A DNA stretch of 49,106 nucleotides, taken from Planctomycetota bacterium. GTDB lineage: Bacteria; Planctomycetota; UBA11346. Positions 45,661 through 49,106 of this stretch are shown piece by piece. The DNA lies in NCBI GenBank assembly GCA_038213805.1, contig JBBQSO010000038.1:1-49106 (forward strand). Reading direction: 5' to 3'. The stretch's first letter is position 1. Each line of letters starts with the position of its first letter. Both the position numbers and the translations under genes were made by a program. The notes under the pieces were generated by a model that saw only the letters and a program-made list of their open reading frames with translations, was not told the origin of the DNA and did not search any database.

Positions 45661-47436
45661 ATGAGCACCGCGTCCCTGCCGCCTCCCCTCGAACTCCTCG
45701 GCCTGCGCATCGGGGCCGAGGGTGATCCGGGTCCGTTCGCCGTCGAGGTCATCGCCCACCACCTAGCTGATGGTCTCGCCGAGATCGAACTTAGGCTGCA
45801 GGCCGCGACCACCGCCCCGCCGCCGGACCTCGTCCTGCGGCTATCCATGGACGGTGCCGGGATCAGCCACATCTGGCGTCCGGACGCCTGCGGTTCAAAA
45901 GGCATCTGCGGCGGCGGCCGCACGCTGACCGCGCGCGCCGCCACCCAGGCGCCGATCCTCTGCCTGCATGGCATCGACGGCGTAAGTCGGCTGTGCCTGG
46001 CCAACGCCGACGCCACACACGGCAGTGCGCTGTCCTGCCATATCCGCGAGGAGGACTGCCGACTCTACGCTACGCTCAAGCCGTTCCTCGCCGGACGCGC
46101 CCCGGGCACCGCCTTCACCGCTCGGCTGCGGCTGGACCGGCGAGCCCAGCCCTGGCACGCGGCCGTGCAGGCGGTGTCAGCCTGGTGGGAGGCGATGCCT
46201 GGGCACGCCCCGCTGCCAGTACCGGCGGCCGGTCTGGAGGCGATGTACTCGACCTGGTACAGCTTCCACCAGGCGGTCGATCCGCAGCCGGTGCTGGAGG
46301 AATGTCGGCTCGCCCGCGCCCTCGGCTGCACCGCGGTGATCCTCGACGACGGCTGGCAGACCCGCGACACCGCACGCGGCTACGCCTTCGCCGGGGACTG
46401 GCAGCCGGAACGGATGGGCGACATGGCCGCCTTCGTGCGCCAAGTACACGATCTCGGTCTGCACCTGCTGCTGTGGTACGCGGTTCCCCTGATCGGCTAC
46501 CGCACCGACGCCTTCGCCCGCTTCGAGCACTGCCTGCTGCGTCGCGATGACGGTCTCGGCTGCGGCATCCTCGACCCGCGCTATCCTGAAGTACGCAGCT
46601 TCCTGGCCGATCTCTACGAACGCCAGCTCATCGCCTGGGACCTCGACGGGGTCAAGCTCGACTTCATCGACACCATGCAGCCGAGCGCGGAAATGCCCCT
46701 GGGGCCCGGCGACGGACGCGACATCGGTGATCTCGACGAGGCGGTCGACGCGCTGATGAAGGGCATCGCCGCCCGTCTGCGCGCCGTCCGCCCGGATGTC
46801 CTCATCGAATTCCGCCAGAGCTACACCGGGCCGATGATGCGCACCTACGGCAATCTCTTCCGCGCCGGCGACTGCCCCTACGACGCTGCCGCCAACCGCG
46901 AGCGGACCGTAACCATCCGCATGCTCTGCGGGACCACCGCGACGCACGCCGACATGTTGATGTGGAGTCCGAGCGACAGACCCGAAGTCGCTGCCCGTCA
47001 GCTGCTGGCGGTGCTCTTCGCGGTGCCGCAGGTCTCGGTGCTGATCGGGAGACTGGATCCCGGCCAACGGGCCATGCTCGCCTTCTGGCTGGAGTGGTGG
47101 CGCCAGCACCGCGACACCCTGCTGCATGGGAAACTGACCGCCGAGGAGCCGGAGGCGCACTATCCGCTGGTGGTCGCAAGCACGGCCACCGAGACGGTGA
47201 TGGCTGCGTATGCCGATCGACCGCTGCGACCGACCGGGGGACTGCCCGCATGCCTCTGGCTGGTCAACGCCACGGCCCGCGATGAACTGCTGTTAGTGCT
47301 CGACACCGACGCCGGCGAACGCCAGGTGCTGGTCCGGGACTGCCAGGGGACGGTCATCGCCGACAACCGTCGACGGCTTGGTGCGGGCGCGCACCGCCTG
47401 GCCGTCCCGCCCAGCGGGGTGGTGCAGATCGCATAG
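45661..47436 (+). CDS. Glycoside hydrolase family 36 (alpha-galactosidase-like)
   Basis: YSTWYS, ILDDGWQ, GVKLDF (nucleophile), FRAGD (acid/base). Confidence 0.88.
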   Translation: MSTASLPPPLELLGLRIGAEGDPGPFAVEVIAHHLADGLAEIELRLQAATTAPPPDLVLRLSMDGAGISHIWRPDACGSKGICGGGRTLTARAATQAPILCLHGIDGVSRLCLANADATHGSALSCHIREEDCRLYATLKPFLAGRAPGTAFTARLRLDRRAQPWHAAVQAVSAWWEAMPGHAPLPVPAAGLEAMYSTWYSFHQAVDPQPVLEECRLARALGCTAVILDDGWQTRDTARGYAFAGDWQPERMGDMAAFVRQVHDLGLHLLLWYAVPLIGYRTDAFARFEHCLLRRDDGLGCGILDPRYPEVRSFLADLYERQLIAWDLDGVKLDFIDTMQPSAEMPLGPGDGRDIGDLDEAVDALMKGIAARLRAVRPDVLIEFRQSYTGPMMRTYGNLFRAGDCPYDAAANRERTVTIRMLCGTTATHADMLMWSPSDRPEVAARQLLAVLFAVPQVSVLIGRLDPGQRAMLAFWLEWWRQHRDTLLHGKLTAEEPEAHYPLVVASTATETVMAAYADRPLRPTGGLPACLWLVNATARDELLLVLDTDAGERQVLVRDCQGTVIADNRRRLGAGAHRLAVPPSGVVQIA

Positions 47437-47526
47437 CCGAGCAGGCTATCTGCTAGGGACATCGCTGATATACGCGAGGAGGGGCTGGCCCCGCCACAAC
47501 GGGTCCTATATTGGCCTCCCACACAG

Positions 47527-47964
47527 ATGGATACGTCAGCTGTAAGTCATTTGTCTAACGACAGCTATGGGGTCTGGGCTAGCGTTGCTGCGATTGCCCT
47601 GCTCGCCGTCGCCGTGGTCGGTGGGGCACTGTTCATCGTCCGTCTGGTCACCCGCGTGGTCGACCGCATCGCCGACAGCAAGCAACGCCTGACCACCTAC
47701 GAGTGCGGCGAGGCGCCGGTCGGCTCGGCGTGGTTCCGTTTCAACAACCGCTTCACCATCGTCGCGCTGACCTTCCTCATCTTCGACGTCGAACTCGCCC
47801 TGCTGTGGCCAATCCTGCCGCGCTGCCTCGACTGGATCGGCAATGGCAACGTGCTGATCGTCTTCATCGAGATCACCGCCTTCGCCGCCACGCTGGCCGT
47901 CGGCCTGGCCTGGGTCGCCGCCAGTGGCGGCTTCGTGTGGGACCGGAAGGTGTCCGATGACTGA
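47527..47964 (+). CDS. nuoA: NADH-quinone oxidoreductase subunit A
   Basis: YECGE.P.G, FLIFDVE..LL.P, three TMs. Confidence 0.92.
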   Translation: MDTSAVSHLSNDSYGVWASVAAIALLAVAVVGGALFIVRLVTRVVDRIADSKQRLTTYECGEAPVGSAWFRFNNRFTIVALTFLIFDVELALLWPILPRCLDWIGNGNVLIVFIEITAFAATLAVGLAWVAASGGFVWDRKVSDD

Positions 47965-48517
47965 TGTCGGCAAACCCGGAAACAGTGTCGACGAACAAGT
48001 CGTCACCACGGCGGTCGATGAATTTCTCGCCTGGGGCAAGGAGAACTCGTTGTTCTACCTGCTCTTCGCCACCGCCTGCTGCGGCATCGAACTGATGCAG
48101 ACCGGCGGGCCACGCTACGACGTCGACCGCCTGGGCATGATCCCGCGCGCCACGCCACGGCAGGCCGACCTGATGATCGTCGCCGGCACCATCACCCACA
48201 AGATGGCCAGTCGCGTGCGCACCCTGTGGGAGCAGATGACCGAACCGCGCTGGGTGGTGTCGATGGGATCGTGCGCCAACAGCGGTGGACCGTTCAGCAA
48301 GTGGAGCTACTCGGTACTCAACGGCGTCGACAAGTACGTGCCGGTCGACGTCTACATCCCCGGCTGCCCGCCGCGGCCCGAGGCGCTGATCGACGGCGTC
48401 ATGGCGCTGCGCGAGCGGGTACGCAAGTATCGCACGTTGGGCGTGCGCGATCGCGATCCGCATGTCGTACAGGGCAGCGACTGCGCCTTCGGCTCGCATC
48501 CGGGGAAGCCGACGTGA
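47957..48517 (+). CDS. nuoB: NADH-quinone oxidoreductase subunit B
   Basis: ACCGIE, PRQADLMIVAGT, GSCANSGG, PGCPPRPE. Confidence 0.95.
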   Translation: MTDVGKPGNSVDEQVVTTAVDEFLAWGKENSLFYLLFATACCGIELMQTGGPRYDVDRLGMIPRATPRQADLMIVAGTITHKMASRVRTLWEQMTEPRWVVSMGSCANSGGPFSKWSYSVLNGVDKYVPVDVYIPGCPPRPEALIDGVMALRERVRKYRTLGVRDRDPHVVQGSDCAFGSHPGKPT

Positions 48518-49106
48518 GCGCACTGGACGTGACCGCCATCGTCGAACGCATTCAGACGTCCGTGCCCACCGTCGAGGCACGGACCAGCGACAACGGTCAG
48601 CCATGGCTGCTGGTGCCCCCCGGTGACCTGCTGCACACCGCCACGCTGCTGCGCGACGATCCGGCCCTGCGCTTTGACAGCCTCAGCGACCTGACCGGCT
48701 GGGACCTGCAGAAGTATCCGGCGACCCCGCCAAGCAGCGACATCGCCGTCGTCTACTACCTGCACAGCCTGACGCATCGCCACCACCTGACGCTGAAGGT
48801 CCTGGCGCCGCGCGAGGCCTGCACCGTACCCAGCGTCGGCGGCATCTGGCCGGTGGGGATCTACTTCGAACGCGAGGTCTTCGACCTGCTCGGCGTCGTC
48901 TTCGCCGGCCACGCCACGCTCAAGCGCATCATGCTGCCAGACGACTGGCTGGGCCATCCGCTGCGCAAGGACTACGTCTATCCGGACGCCTACAACGGTA
49001 TTCCGCACCTGCGCGACGGTCAGAAGTTCGAGAACGTCCCCCCGCCCCCCCCGCCCCCCCCGGATGTCCAGGGTCCAGACCCCGAAACCCGAAACCCGAA
49101 ACCCGA
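48514..49106 (+). CDS. nuoC: NADH-quinone oxidoreductase subunit C (runs off the window)
   Basis: GTGA overlap; EREVFDLLGV.F.GH..LKRIM..DDW.GHPLRKDY; no stop before the window end. Confidence 0.92.
   Translation, partial: MSALDVTAIVERIQTSVPTVEARTSDNGQPWLLVPPGDLLHTATLLRDDPALRFDSLSDLTGWDLQKYPATPPSSDIAVVYYLHSLTHRHHLTLKVLAPREACTVPSVGGIWPVGIYFEREVFDLLGVVFAGHATLKRIMLPDDWLGHPLRKDYVYPDAYNGIPHLRDGQKFENVPPPPPPPPDVQGPDPETRNPKP
49079..49106. repeat. 7-bp tandem repeat (acccgaa) about x4 after a poly-C-rich tract
   Basis: Seen at the window end. Confidence 0.7.

Overview
High-GC bacterial chromosomal window. Planctomycetota is likely but inferred only, from polA-coaE-rho synteny, DWG-type Ser/Thr receptor kinases and long N-methyl pseudopilins. 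The left flank carries housekeeping and stress genes: yqhA, an XRE-cupin regulator, Fe-SOD, TerC, an O-antigen ligase, a receiver protein and a lipoprotein. The centrepiece is a 16 kb minus-strand cluster (6969-23041). It encodes a TPR-roadblock protein, a roadblock protein, an MglA-type small GTPase fused to a transmembrane anchor, MglB, a DUF4388-TPR-TM-beta-propeller protein, and four pseudopilin-like proteins (GspG-like, GspH/FimT-like with LamG, a giant GspK-like protein and GspJ-like). Divergent from it are a eukaryote-like diacylglycerol kinase and two tandem non-RD receptor kinases. Next come an in-frame CoaE-Rho fusion with a Q/N-rich linker, polA and several small genes. These are followed by an orphan phage-type family-B DNA polymerase with a decayed exonuclease domain and a clamp-binding tail, an AraC/GH36 pair, and nuoABC (truncated). 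No tRNA, rRNA, CRISPR array or transposase was seen. All family calls come from motif recognition by eye, not database searches.
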